From Squalus acanthias (taxonomy: Eukaryota), in assembly GCA_030390025.1 (NCBI GenBank), contig JASTWF010000329.1, positions 248,001-312,000 on the forward strand: a stretch of 64,000 nucleotides of DNA, given 5' to 3'. The position numbers and the translations under genes were made by a program. The first letter of the stretch is position 1; the number at the start of each line of letters is the position of its first letter. Below are positions 36,180-48,483 of this stretch, piece by piece. The notes beneath the pieces were generated by a model. The model made no database searches. It saw only the letters and a list, made by a program, of their open reading frames with translations, and was not told the origin of the DNA.

Positions 36180-36525
36180 GCACTACTGACTGGGAAGGTC
36201 CAAAGTGCAGTCCTTGATCTGGGCTGTTAGTTGATCTCAGCCACGGCAACAGTTCAGGGGCCAGAATTGGCCTCAGCACCACTGGGCTAAATAAGAGTAA
36301 AAATCAGCCACTGCCCCTGCTCTTGATGGAGATCCAGTCACATCAACTGGGAAGTGTATGGATGTCAATTGAGGGCAGGATTGGACTCGGCTGTGATGCC
36401 TACCACAGGGGAAATGCTGCTGACACTCACTGAGTCGGCTGACGGTGAGGCACTAGAGGTTAACCAATGTCTGTGGAATTGCACCCAGCCGGATTCAGCG
36501 CCTTTTGGAGAGAAGGGGAAAAACA
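36180..36525 (+). mobile_element. Old degenerate SINE-like element (inverted paralog at ~61535-61880)
   Basis: GGGAAGGTCC...TTAGTTGATCTCAGCC...GGCTGTGATGCC resembles a dispersed shark SINE from memory; not verifiable here. Confidence 0.4.
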
Positions 36526-36709
36526 AAATCCCAGCCAGTGCAATGAATGTTGATTTTAGACAGTAAGGATGGAGGCAGAGTTTGTAGAATGGGGAATTTA
36601 CAGCTTAGGAGGGGCAGAAGAGGACAGAACGCTCTATAGGAACTAGAATTGTCTGTTCTGACTTTCTATCCTGCACTTAAAGTAACAATATTTGTAAACA
36701 CCATTTCAG

Positions 36710-38195
36710 AGTGTCAGTAGGGGAGGATCTGCTGATGGAAACTCAAACAAAATATCGCCTCAAGATCTGACAGATTGACCAGTTTCATCAGGACCTGAAT
36801 ATCATCGGCTTTTGGATGTAGATGGAAAAGCACCAATCACAGCGGGAGAAACAGGACACGTGTTCTGTGTATTTTTTTTAATTTGTTTATGGGATGTGGG
36901 AGTCGCTGGCAAGGCCAACATTTATTGCCCATCCCTAATTGCCTTTGAGAAGGTGGTGGTGAAACACCTTCTTGAACCGCTGCAGTCCATGTGGTGATGG
37001 TTCTCCCACAGTGCTGTTAGGGAGGGGGTTCCAGGATTTTGACCCAGCGACGATTAAGGATCGCCGATATTCTTCTCAGTCGGGATGGTGTGTGACTTGG
37101 AGGGGAACTTGGAGGTGGTGGTGTTCCCATGTGCCTGCTGCCCTTGTCCTTCTAGGTGGAAGAGGTCGTGGGTTTGGGAGGTGCTGCTGAAGAAGCCTTG
37201 GCGAGTTGCTGCAGTGCATCTTGTAGATGGTACACACTGCAGCCACGGTACGCCGGTGGTGGAGGGAGTAAATGTTTAAGGTGATAGAGGGGGTGCCAAT
37301 CAAGTGGACTGCATTGTCCAGGATGGTGTCGACCTTCTTGAGTGTTGTTGGAGCTGCACTCATCCAGGCAAGTGGAGAGTATTCCATCACACTCCTTACT
37401 TGTGCCTTGTAGATGGTGGAAAGGCTTTGGGGAGTCAGGAGGTGAGACACTCACCGCAGAATACCTAGCCTCTGACCTGCTCTTGTTGCCACAGTATTTA
37501 TGTGGTTGGTCCAGTTAAGTTTCTGGTCAATGGTGACCCCCAGGATGTTGATGGTGGGGTATTCGATGATGGCAATGCCGTTGAATGTCAAGGGGTGGTG
37601 GTTAGACTCTCGCTTGTTGGAGATAGTCATTGCCTGGCACTTGAGTGGCACGAACCCACCTTCAACCAATCATCTAGCCTGTGAGAATCGTACGCCCACC
37701 TGAATCAACAGTGTAAATGTGGGGACTGTGGGAATGAATGGAGTTGACCGTCTGAGGTGGAAACTCATGGATACAGTCACACCAGGGAGAGGCCGTTCAC
37801 CAGCTAAGTGTGGAAAGAGATTCACTCACTCATCTCACCTATTAGCACACGAACATGTTCATAAAGGGGAGAATCCGTTCAGTGGTCTGTATGTGGAAAG
37901 TGATTCAATCGATCATCCCATTTACTGACACACCAGCACAGTCACACCGGAGAGAGACCGTTTAGATACTTCACGTGTGGGAAGGGATTCACTCCGTTGT
38001 CCCAACTGTTGACACTCCAGAGTGTCCACATTGAGAACAGTTGCTTTAAATACTCTGACTGTGAGAAAAGCTTTCAAAGTTCAAAGCAGCTGATGCACGA
38101 TCAGCGCATTGATACTGGAGAGAGGCTGATTCAATATCCTGTGTGTGGGAAGAAATTCACCCCACCTGCTGAGACTCCAGTGAGTTCACATGTGA
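36710..38195 (+). pseudogene. Type C ZNF pseudogene (C1) disrupted by a LINE and multiple frameshifts
   Basis: Acceptor CATTTCAG| with the same exon leader (GGAGGATCTGC...AAACTCAAAC...GGACCTGAATATCATCGG); degenerate fingers (KCGKRFTHSSHLLAHEHVH); ends CACATGTGACTGCAGGGG like other paralogs. Confidence 0.82.
36872..37652 (-). mobile_element. CR1-group LINE 3' fragment inserted in the first finger of C1
   Basis: ILGVTIDQKLNW, YKAQVRSVMEYSPLAW, HRRTVAAVCTIYKMH; A-rich tail at ~36872. Confidence 0.9.
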
Positions 38196-38354
38196 CTGCA
38201 GGGGTTTGGATTCTGTTATTAATCACATCCAGGACTGAACCATGGCAGAGTGCCCGTGCACTTGGGTTTATGTGTGAATTATTGATGAATTTTCTCTCAA
38301 TGGGATCACAGAAACTCATTCTCCATTCACTAATTGGGACTTTCAATGTTCTCC

Positions 38355-38732
38355 AGGAGCCCAGTGCGCCTGCGCCAGCCTGTAGCTGGAGCATGCGCAG
38401 TGTCACTGTGATCAGAGCCGGGCGGACGATGGCGGCAGTCGCGGTTTTTTGCGCCGATTACGAATCACCGGGGCGCAGGGAGGTAACGTACCCGGCGGGT
38501 GAGCTTCATAAACACCTGGTGTAGGCCGCAAACCTCGAATGAGAACCTACAGGTTTCGCGATTGCAGCTTGGAGGCTTTTGCCCGGAAACAGGCCCAGAT
38601 TAACGGCGGCCATCTTTGTAAAGGAAAGCTCAGAGTTTGTGGGATTCCGCCTTGCTTCATCGGGCAGTGGGGCCCGTGCGCGGCCATATTTCTAAAGGAA
38701 CCATTCGTGGGCGAGGCTTCAGGGTCTCGGTG
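38355..38732 (+). promoter_or_regulatory. CpG-island promoter of type A ZNF (A2)
   Basis: Direct homolog of 1-350: GAGCATGCGCAG, GG|GTGAGC, GCGGCCATCTTT. Confidence 0.68.
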
Positions 38733-38736
38733 AGTG

Positions 38737-38992
38737 GAACTGAACCCAGCCAGAGTCAGCACCTTCAGGGGAGGAGAGGGAGGGGAACCAGTGAGTGAAC
38801 TGAACCCAGCCAGAGTCAGCACCTTCAGGGGAGGAGAGGAGAGGGAACCAGTGAGTGTAGAACTGAACCCAGCCAGAGTCAGCACCTTCAGGGGAGGAGA
38901 GGGAGCGGAACCAGTGAGTGTAGAACTGAACCCAGCCAGAGTCAGCACCTTCAGGGGAGGAGAGGGAGGGGAACCAGTGAGTGTAGAACTGA
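38737..38992. repeat. 63-bp minisatellite, ~4 copies
   Basis: Same unit as 358-1078. Confidence 0.96.
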
Positions 38993-39062
38993 TCATACTG
39001 AAAACTGGGAGCGGAGGACAAACTATCTTGAGACGTGTTTGGATTTTAGCACAGGGAGGAGG

Positions 39063-39180
39063 AACATAGAAACATAGAAACTAGGAGCAGGAGTAGGCCA
39101 TTCGGCCCGTCGAGCCTGCTCCACCATTCAATACGATCATGGCTGATCATCCAAATCCAGTGCCGTCCCTGCTTTCCCCA
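39063..39180 (-). mobile_element. CR1 3' UTR tail fragment
   Basis: (AACATAGA)n tail followed by GGAGCAGGAGTAGGCCATTCGGCCC, as in other CR1 ends here. Confidence 0.8.
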
Positions 39181-39489
39181 TCGAGCCTGCACCGACACAT
39201 ATCCCACCCTATCCCCGTAACCCCACGTATTTAATTCCCCCTAATATATCCCATCCTATCCCTATAACCCCACATATTTAATCACCCCCTAACACTAAGG
39301 GTCAATTTATCATAGCCAAATCAACCTAACCCGCACATTTTTGGACTGTGGGAGGAAACCGGAGCACCCGGAGGAAACCCACGCAGACACGGGGAGAATA
39401 TGCAAACTCCACACAGACAGTCACCCGAGGCCAGATTCGAACCCGGGTCCCTGGCGCTGTGAGGCACCAGTGCTAACCACTATGCCACC
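39181..39489 (-). mobile_element. HE1-like V-SINE (tRNA-derived)
   Basis: Minus strand: A box TGGCATAGTGG, B box GGTTCGAATC, V-domain-like GTGTGGAGTTTGCATATTCTCCCCGTGTCTGCGTGGGTTTCCTCCGGGTGCTCCGGTTTCCTCCCACAGTCC; absent from the A1 intron. Confidence 0.88.
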
Positions 39490-39617
39490 ATGTGGGATGG
39501 GGATTTACAGCTTTGGAGGAAGAAGAGAGGAAAGAATGTTCGATAGAAACTAAAATTGTCTGTTCTGAATTTCTGTCCTGTACTTACAGTGATGAATTTT
39601 GTAAACTCCTTTTACAG

Positions 39618-40486
39618 GGTATTAGAAAGGGAGGATTTGCAGACGGGAAACTCAAACCAAACATCATGTCAAAATCTGACAATCACTCGTTTACTCAGGA
39701 CCTGAATATCATCGGCCTTTGAATGTGGAAGGAGAAACGTTTGTCTGTTCTGTCTGTGGGAAAAGATTTCAAACATCAGTGTGACTGGAAAAGCACCGAG
39801 ACACACACACCCGAGTGAGAGTGTTCCAGTGCACTGCCTGTGGAAAGAGCTTTAACCAGTTACACAGCCAGAAAAAACATCGCACCATTCACAGCGGGGA
39901 GAAACCGTACACGTGTTCTGTGTGTGGACAAGGCTTCAACTGATCGTCCAACCTGGAAAGATACAGTGACACCCGCACCACGGAGAAACCATGGAAATGT
40001 GGGGACTGTGGGAATGGATTCAATTACCCGTCTGAGCTGGAAATTCATCATCGCATTCATACCGGGGAGAGGCCGTTCACCTGCTCCATATGTGGGAAGG
40101 GATTCACTCGATCACCTGACTTGCTGACACACCAGCGAGTTCACACTGGGGAGAGACCATTCACCTGCTCTGAGTGTGGGAAGGGATTCATTCAGTCATC
40201 CAACCTGCTGACACACCAGCGAGTTCACACCGGGGAGAGGCCATTCACCTGCTCTGAGTGTGGGAAGGAATTCCCTTCATCATCCAGGCTGCTGAAACAC
40301 CAGCGAGTTCACACCGGGGAGAGGCCGTTCACCTGGTCTGAGTGTGGGAAGGGATTCACTCGGTCATCCACCCTGCTGAGACACCAGCGAGTTCACACTG
40401 GGGAGAGGCCGTTCACCTGCTCCGAGTGTGGGAAGGGATTCACTCAGTCATCCAGCCTGCTGAGACTTCAACGAGTTCACAAGTGA
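39618..40486 (+). pseudogene. Type A C2H2 ZNF exon (A2): two in-frame TGAs in N-terminal fingers, open 39980-40486 with 4 intact and 2 degenerate fingers
   Basis: Acceptor 39617/39618; TGA at 39782 and 39941; [12 protein letters not shown]; later C>W and H>L substitutions. Confidence 0.75.
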
Positions 40487-41796
40487 CTGCAGGGGTTGGA
40501 TTCCGCTGTTATTGCTGCTGTTAATTACATCCCAGACTGAATCGTCTTCATTCTGACAGGTGGAGTTTCTTCCTGCTGATGTTAATAACCCCTATAACTG
40601 GGCTGGAGTTTAATATTTTGATATTTGAAATAACACAGTGTGTCGATATTTGATGTCTTCAAGTTAAGAGGAAACTAATTGATGTCCTGTTACCGACTGC
40701 TCCATTTGTGGGCCTTTTTTCCTTTCTAACTCGAGATTATTTCAGTTCTCGTACCTTCGGTTACTCTCATGGACAAGTCCCAGCTCCCCATACCTTCCAG
40801 AGTGCCTCTCCTAGCCTTGGTATCCAGGGAAGGTCTCGGTAATACGCCCGGGATCACGAAACACAAAACCCAGTCTGTTAATCACTTTCCGCTACTGGAC
40901 TTAGCGTGTGTCCCACAGCATCTCTCTCACCTTCGATGTGTGAATAGAGCATCACGCCTGCAAACCTGCTTTCAATTTCAATTTGAATCCACTCAGCAAG
41001 TGTCTTTAAAAAATATGTACAAGTAAACAGATCACATCAAATAATTGGCAAAGGTTTAGAGTCAACAAGATGAACAAGTGAACACATCACGGCCCAATAC
41101 CCCAGCTCTATATTCACAGGAGAAAGTCTGTTATCTAACTCCTCGAGTGGACAGAATAGAGAAAGATCCCAACTCTAAGAACATCTAGAATCTGTTGTAA
41201 ATATCTTTCAAATCCTGACTGGTCCAATCTGTCGGTTTCCTTTCAATTGAAGTGAATGGAAGATGAGAGGGGTGTTGGCATATGGACCTCGGTTAATTCA
41301 GCTTCTGAAAGGTGTTCATGTTTAGTTCATTCGATATCGGGGAGAATGTGGTTGGTATCATTAGCGAGAGAGAGAGAGATTTCACTGAGCAACAGCTGGT
41401 GTTTGCAACCAACTGGCCTTGGATATTTTCATCATAGAATGTTTCGATCAGAAATATGATGTTGGGATAAGGAAAGTCTGGAGACTAGTGGTTTGTGCTG
41501 CCACAGGAAGGCCACAGTGTTTTTACCTGCTTCTAATGTTGTTGATGTGTGTTGAAGAAAATGCAGACTTGTGTCTCTGGACTGTGCAGTAGCCAGAGAC
41601 GACCATATTAGGCAATGCCAGCTCCAGTTTGATAAGAGGTTGATGGCAGAGCAAGAGATCCAGCAGTTTTAAGAATTTATCTCCCGTTATCTGCAGACAT
41701 CGAATGTCGCAGCGTGCTGACAAAATTGGACTTAAGACTTTAACCTATTGGGTTCAATTATTGGGATCGATTGTTATAGAATTGAATTGTTATAGA

Positions 41797-42408
41797 ATGG
41801 AAAAGTAGGGAAGTTATGCTAAACTTGTATCGAACCTTGGTTAGACCACACTTGGAGCACTGCGTACAATTCTGGTCACCATATTATAAAAAGGATATAG
41901 AGGCACTGGAGAGGGTGCAGAGAAGATTTACAAGGATGATACCAGAAATGAGAGGGTATACCTGTCAGGAAAGGATGGACAGGCTGGGTCTCTTTTCTCT
42001 TGAAAAAAGGCCGAGGGGTGACCTAATAGAGGTCTTTAAAATGATGAAAGGTTTTGACAGAGTGGATACAGAGAGAATGTTTCCACTTGTGGGGAAGAGC
42101 ATAACTAGAGGCCATCAATATAAGATAGTCACCAAGAACTCAAATAGGAAATTTAGGAGAAACTTCTTTACCCACAGAGTGGGGAGAATGTGGAACTCGC
42201 TACCACAGGGAGTGGTTGATGCGAATAGCATAGATACATTTAAGGGGAGGCTAGACAAGCATCTGAGGGAGAAGGGAATATAGGGTTATGCTGATAGAGT
42301 TAGATGGGGAAAGATGGGAGGAGGCTCGAGTGGAGCATAAACACCGGCATGGACTGGTTGGGCCGAATGGCCTGTTTCTGTGCCGTATATCCTGTGTAAT
42401 CCTGTGTA
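41797..42408 (+). mobile_element. CR1 3' fragment, paralog of 3612-4223
   Basis: ORF 41816..42283 and same flanks. Confidence 0.93.
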
Positions 42409-42724
42409 GTCACAGCGAACAGACAGTTTAACAGACTGCCCATGGTCCACTCTAACCCCCACCTTCTCTCTCTCTCACTATTCATGGACACTGCTGCAGT
42501 AATTGCTCCTCTGACCTTTCCTCTCTAGTCCCTCCTACACCCATAATACATGGCCCGACACAATCTCCCTCCCCCTACATCCTCACTGTGCTGGAATCCA
42601 CACCAGTCTCCCCATCTGCTCCTTGTTCTCTCCCTGGATCCGAAAACTACTGAACTCAATCTTCCCTCCTGAAGTCTACAGGCTCTAAAACTGAAGCTTG
42701 GTGTCCCTCAGTCCCTACTCATCC

Positions 42725-43805
42725 CCTTCTCTCCACCTCTTTCCCCCGGGGTGTGTCCACACTCTGGGCCTTGGGCCTTGCCCGGGGATTCTCAGTATGA
42801 ACAGGTGGGGTGTGTTTTGAGACAGGGTGTCCCCGCTCTCCTCCTCTTTTCCCCCGGGGTGTGTTCACACTCTGGGCCTTGGGCCTTGCCCGGGGATTCT
42901 CAGTATGAACAGGTGGGGTGTGTTTTGAGACAGGGTGTCCCCGCTCTTCACCTCTTTTCCCCGGGGTGTGTTCCACACTCTGGGCCTTGGGCCTTGCCCG
43001 GGGATTCTCAGTATGAACAGGTGGGGTGTGTTTTGAGACAGGGTGTCCCCGCTCTCCTCCTCTTTTCCCCAGGGTGTGTCCACACTCTGGGCCTTGGGCC
43101 TTGCCTGGGGATTCTCAGTATGAACAGGTGGGGTGTGTTTTGAGACAGGGTGTCCCCGCTCTCCTCCTCTTTTCCCCGGGGTGTGTCCACACTCTGGGCC
43201 TTGGGCCTTGCCCGGGGATTCTCAGTATGAAGAGGTGGGGTGTGTTTTGAGACAGGGTGTCCCCGCTCTCCTCTTTCCCCCGGGGTGTGTCCACACTCTG
43301 GGCCTTGGGCCTTGCCCGGGGATTCTCAGTATGAACAGGTGGGGTGTGTTTTGAGACAGGGTGTCTCCGCTCTCCTCCTCCTTTCCCCGGGGTGTGTCCA
43401 CACTCTGGGCCTTGGGCCTTGCCCGGGGATTCTCAGTATGAACAGGTGGGGTGTGTTTTGAGACAGGGTGTCCCCGCTCTCCTCCTCTTTTCCCCGGGGT
43501 GTGTCCACACTCTGGGCCTTGGGCCTTGCCCGGGGATTCTCAGTATGAAGAGGTGGGGTGTGTTTTGAGACAGGGTGTCCCCGCTCTCCTCTTTCCCCCG
43601 GGGTGTGTCCACACTCTGGGCCTTGGGCCTTGCCCGGGGATTCTCAGTATGAACAGGTGGGGTGTGTTTTGAGACAGGGTGTCTCCGCTCTCCTCCTCTT
43701 TTCCCCGGCGTGTGTCCACACTCTGGGCCTTGGGCCTTGCCTGGGGATTCTCAGTATGAACAGGTGGGGTGTGTTTTGAGACAGGGTGTCTCCGCTCTCC
43801 ACCTT
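42725..43805. repeat. ~104-107-bp tandem repeat, ~10 copies
   Basis: Same unit as 4545-5200. Confidence 0.95.
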
Positions 43806-44409
43806 TAAAGCGACAAGGAGACGACCAGCTGGGCTGAATGGCCCTGCTTTATGACATCACTGCAGTGCCTAGCAACCAACCTCCCTGAGCCCTGCTCATT
43901 ATGGGCTGGGTTTAGCTCGGTGCTGTTCCAGGAAGGGAAACAGGAGCATGATTCGCCCCGTGTGGAGCCCAGGATTAATGGGGAGAGGTACAGGATCAAT
44001 TTATACCTTATTGAGTGAGAAATGTCATTGTCCCGGACACTCCCTGTCCCTCGGTATCTGTGTCGAGGAGAGGCTGATGGGTTTACTCTGTATCTAACCC
44101 GTGCTGTACCTGACTGGAGAGTGTTTGATGCTGACACTAGGGGCTCAGCTCCACGAGCACAACATTTAACCCAAAGATGATCTGATAAACCCATCAGCTT
44201 CTCCCCTGGACACTGGTCCTGAAGGACACGGAGTGTCTCTGATATTTTGGTCGGTGTCCTTGAACCAGTTTAAACACCTCGCTCACATCTCCTCTCACCC
44301 TGCTTTGTTCGAGTGAGAAGTGCCCCAGTTTCTCTCGTCTCTCCTCCTGGGAAAGAGAAGTTCGCCTCAGTTCGAAACTCAAACAGGCGCTTCACTGCAG
44401 ACAGGTCAT

Positions 44410-44734
44410 CATGAGGAAACATTTCTTTACCCAGCGAGTTATTATGATCTGAAATGCACTGCCTGAAAGGGCGGTGGAAGCAGATTCAAGAGTAACTTTC
44501 AAAAGAGAATTGGATAAATATTTGAAGGGAAAACAGTCACTGGGACCTGAGGAAGGGGCGATCGATAGCTCCGAAAACTTGTGATTTCAAATAAAACTGT
44601 TGGACTATAACCTGGTGTTGTGCGACCTCTCAATATGGGGAAAGAGCAGGGGAGTGGGACTAATTGGATCGCTCTCCCAAAGATGATGGGCCGAATGGCA
44701 GCCTTTTGTGCTGTTTCATTCTCTGATTCTCTGA
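44410..44734 (+). mobile_element. CR1 3' fragment containing a Penelope-like terminal-repeat piece (~44543-44631)
   Basis: TTCTTTACCCAGCGAGTT...GATGGGCCGAATGGCAGCC; insert CTGAGGAAGGGGC...GCTCCGAAAACTTGTGATTTCAAATAAAACTGTTGGACTATAACCTGGTGTTGTGCGAC matches 24763-24836 in reverse. Confidence 0.75.
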
Positions 44735-45419
44735 TAACTAAAGCCTCTCATCCGTGGTATAACCTCAGTGAATCGATTCTGCAGGCTCTCTGTGGCCCCG
44801 ACATCCTTCCTAGTGGAAGATGCTCAAAACTTGTTCTAACTGCAGCCGAACCGATGGTTTTGTTTTCTACGCCCCATTTATAAAAAACCTCGGGTAACAT
44901 TTTTAAACCACTTTATAAACTTGTCCTCCAACTTTTAAAGATTTGTGTATCTGATCTCCCGGCAGATTTTAAAGATATTAACATAACATGGCTAAAATAC
45001 ATTGACATTGAATGTCTGATATAATGTGTATTGTGGGAAAGAGAAGTTTAGTCTGAGTTAGAAACTCAAACAGGCCTTTCACTGCAGACAGGTCGCCATG
45101 GCAACACTGATAAGACATTCCATTCACTGAATCCACTGGGTGGAAACTCTAATCAGATCAGGGGAAAGAACAGGTTCTGTCTGTTCCAATATCAGCTTAA
45201 ACCAGAGTGAGTAATAGAATAGATTATAATGTGTGATGTTTATACGTGTAATTGTGAAACTATAAGAGATGACATCATTAACACTCCAGCCAGGGGAAAC
45301 AACCTCTCAGCATCTACCCTGTCAATCCCCTTCAGAATCTTGTATGTTTCAATGAGATCACCTCTCATTCTTCTAAACTCCAGAGAGTATAGGCCCATTC
45401 TACACAATCTCTCATTCTA

Positions 45420-47078
45420 TGAGAGGGTCTAATGAGAGGGAGGAACTGAATGAATCAGTATTTGTAGGGAAATGGTGTTAGGGAAGTTGATGGGATTGAA
45501 TGCCGATAAATTCCCAAGGCCTGATAATCTACATCCTAGGGTACTTAAGGAAATGGCCCTAGAAATAGTAGATGCATTGCTGGTCATCTTCCAAAATTCT
45601 ACAGACTCTGGAACAGTTCCCATGGATTGGAGGGTAGCTAATGTAACCCCACTATTTAAAAAAGGTGGTAGAGAAAAAACAGGGAATTATAGACCGGTAA
45701 GCCTCACATCGGTAGTGGGGAAAATGCTGGAGTCCATTATAAAAGATGTAATAGCAGAGCACTTGGAAAACAGTGACAGGATCGGACAAAGTCAACATGG
45801 ATTTACAAAAGGTAAATCGTGCTTGACTAATCTACTGGAATTTTTTGAGGATGTAACTGGTAGAATAGATAAGGGAGAACCAGTGGATGTGGTGTCTTTG
45901 GACTTTCAGAAGGCTTTCGATAAGGTCCCGCATAAGAGATTAGCATGCAAAGTTAAAGCACATGGGATTGGGGGCAAGGTACTGACTTGGATAGAGAACT
46001 GGTTGGCAGACAGGAAGCAAAGAGTTGGAATAAACGGGTCTTTTTCCGAGTGGCAGGCAGTGACTAGTGGGGTACCGCAGGGATCAGTGCTACGACCCCA
46101 GCTATTCACAATATATATTAATGATCTAGACAAGGGAACTAGATGTAATATCTCCAAGTTTGCAGACGACACAAAGCTGGGTGGGCGTGTGTGCTGTGAG
46201 GAGGATGCCGAGAAACTCCAGGATGATTTGGACAGGTTGGATGATTGGGCAGATGCATGGCAGATGCAGTATAATGTGGATAAATGCGAGGTTATCCTCT
46301 TTGGTGGCAAAAACAGTAAGGCAGATTATTATCTGAACAGCAATAGATTGGGAAAAGGGGAAGTGCAACGAGACCTGGGTGTCCTTGTGCACCAGTCGCT
46401 GAAGGTAAGCATGCAAGTGCAGCAGGCGGTTAAGAAGGCAAATGCTATGTTGGCCTTCATAGCGAGATGATTCGAGTACAGGAACAAGGATGTCTTGCTG
46501 CAGTTGTACAGAGCCTTGGTGAGACCACACCTTGAGTATTGTGTGCAGTTTTGGTCGCCTTATCTGAGGAAGGATGTTCTTGCCATGGAGGGAGTGCAGC
46601 GAAGATTCACCAGACTGATACCTGGGATGGCAGGAATGACGTATGGAGAGAGATTGGGTCGATTAGGCTTATCTTCGCTAGAGTTTAGAAGAATGAGAGG
46701 GGATTTCATTGAAACTTATAAAATTCTAACAGGACTAGACAGACTAGATGCAGGAAGGCTGTTCCCGATGGCGGGGGAGTCCAGAACCAGGGGTCACAGT
46801 CTAAGGATAAGGGGTAAGCCATTTAGGACTGAGATGATGAGGAATTTCTTCACCCAGAGAGTGGTGAACCTGTGGAATTCTCTACCACAGAAGGCAGTTG
46901 AGGCCAATTCATTAAATATATTCAAGAAGGAGTTAGATATATTTCCAAAGGCTAAAGGGATATGGGGAGAAAGCAGGGACAGGGGACTGAATTTGGATGA
47001 TCAGCCATGATCTCATTGAATGGCGGAGCAGGCTCGAGGGGTCGAATGGCCTACTCCTGCTCCTATCTTCTATGTTTC
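45420..47078 (+). mobile_element. Relatively young 5'-truncated CR1 LINE with near-complete RT domain (nonsense at 46468)
   Basis: ORFs 45472..46470 and 46495..47010: NYRPVSLTSVVGK, DFQKAFDKVPH, GVPQGS, FADDTK; 3' hairpin and CTATCTTCTATGTTTC tail. Confidence 0.96.
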
Positions 47079-47675
47079 TCTGATTCTCTGATAACTAAAG
47101 CCTCTCATCTGTGGTATAACCTCAGTGAATCGATTCTGCAGCCTCTCTGTGGCCCCGACGTCCTTCCTAGTGGAAGATGCCCAAAACTTGTTCTAACTGC
47201 AGCCGAACCGATGGTTTTGTTTTCTACACCCCATTTATAAAAAACCTCGGGTAACATTTTTAAACCACTTTATAAACTTGTCCTCCAACTTTAAAAGATT
47301 TGTGTATCTGATCTCCCTGTAGATTTTAAAGATATTAAGATAACATGGCTAAAATACATTGAATTAAATGTCTGATATAATGTGTATTATGGGAGAGAGA
47401 AGTTTGATCTGAGTTAGAAACTCAAACAGGCCTTTCACTGCAGACAGGTCGCCATGGCAACACAAATAAGACATTCCATTCACTGAATTGACATGTTGGA
47501 GTCTGTAATCAGATCAGGGGAAAGAACAGGTTCTGTCTGTTACTAACCACAATATCAGCTTAAACCAGAGTGAGTAATAGAATAGATTCGATTATAATGT
47601 GTGATGTTTATACGTGTAATTGTGAAACTATAAGAGATGACATCATTAACAGCAGGGGGCAGTTTAGTGATAGAG

Positions 47676-47776
47676 AAATAAAAACAGAAAATGTTGGAGA
47701 TACTCAGCAGGTCAGGCAGCATCTGTGAAGAGAGAAACAGAGTTAACGTTTCAGGTCGATGACCTTTCGTCAGAAC
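47676..47776 (-). ncRNA. Penelope-like terminal fragment with minimal type I hammerhead ribozyme (47742-47776)
   Basis: Minus strand GTT-CTGACGA-A-AGGTC-ATC-GACCT-GAAA-CGTT-AAC, then ACAGATGCTGCCTGACCTGCTGAGTATCTCCAACATTTTCTGTTTTTATTT. Confidence 0.7.
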
Positions 47777-47825
47777 ATTGTGACAGAGAACATTACTGAA
47801 GAAAAGTAACTGCTGGGAACCACTG

Positions 47826-48400
47826 CACAGGGCGTTAGTGAGACCACACCTGGAGTACTGCGGACAGTTTCGCTCTCCTTATTGAAGGAGGGATACACTT
47901 GCATTGGAGGCAGTTCAGAGAAGCTTCACTCGGTTGATTCTTCAGTTGAAGGGGTTGTCTTATGAGGAAAGGTTGAGCAGGTTGGGCTGATACTCATTGG
48001 AGTTTAGAAGAATGAGGTGATCTTATTGAAACATAAGATTCTGAGGGGGCTTGACAGGGTAGATGCAGGGAGGATGTTTCCCCTCATGGGGGAATCTAGA
48101 ACGAGGGGGCATAGTTTCAGAATAAGGGGTCACCCATTTAAAACGGAGATGAGGAGGAATTTCTTCTCTCTGAGGGTCGTGAATCTGTGGAATTCTCTAC
48201 CCCAGAGAGCTGTGGAGGCGGAGTGATTGAATATATTCAAGGTGGAGATCGACAGATTTTTGAAAAACAGGGGAATCAAGGGTTATGGGGAGCGGGCAGG
48301 AAAGTGGAGTGGAGGCCAAGATCAGATCAGCCGTGATCTTATTGAATGGCGGAGCAGGCTCAAGGGGCCGAATGGCCGACTCCAGCTCCTGTTTCTTATG
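47826..48400 (+). mobile_element. CR1 3' fragment
   Basis: LVRPHLEYC..., RRNFFSLRVVNLWNSLP, 3' hairpin. Confidence 0.9.
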
Positions 48401-48483
48401 CACCAGGGAAAGTGTCCTTGTAAATCACAGATCAGGGAATTTCCAGCTGTTTTTTCCTCGATTCCTGCCAAAACTCAGCAGAG

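Noticed and set aside
39420..39489. tRNA gene
   Set aside because: The A and B boxes belong to a SINE head that continues into a V-domain-like body
45472..47010. Active reverse transcriptase gene (also 23288..24217, 57004..58116)
   Set aside because: All CR1 copies are truncated, internally deleted or carry stops and frameshifts; none is full length
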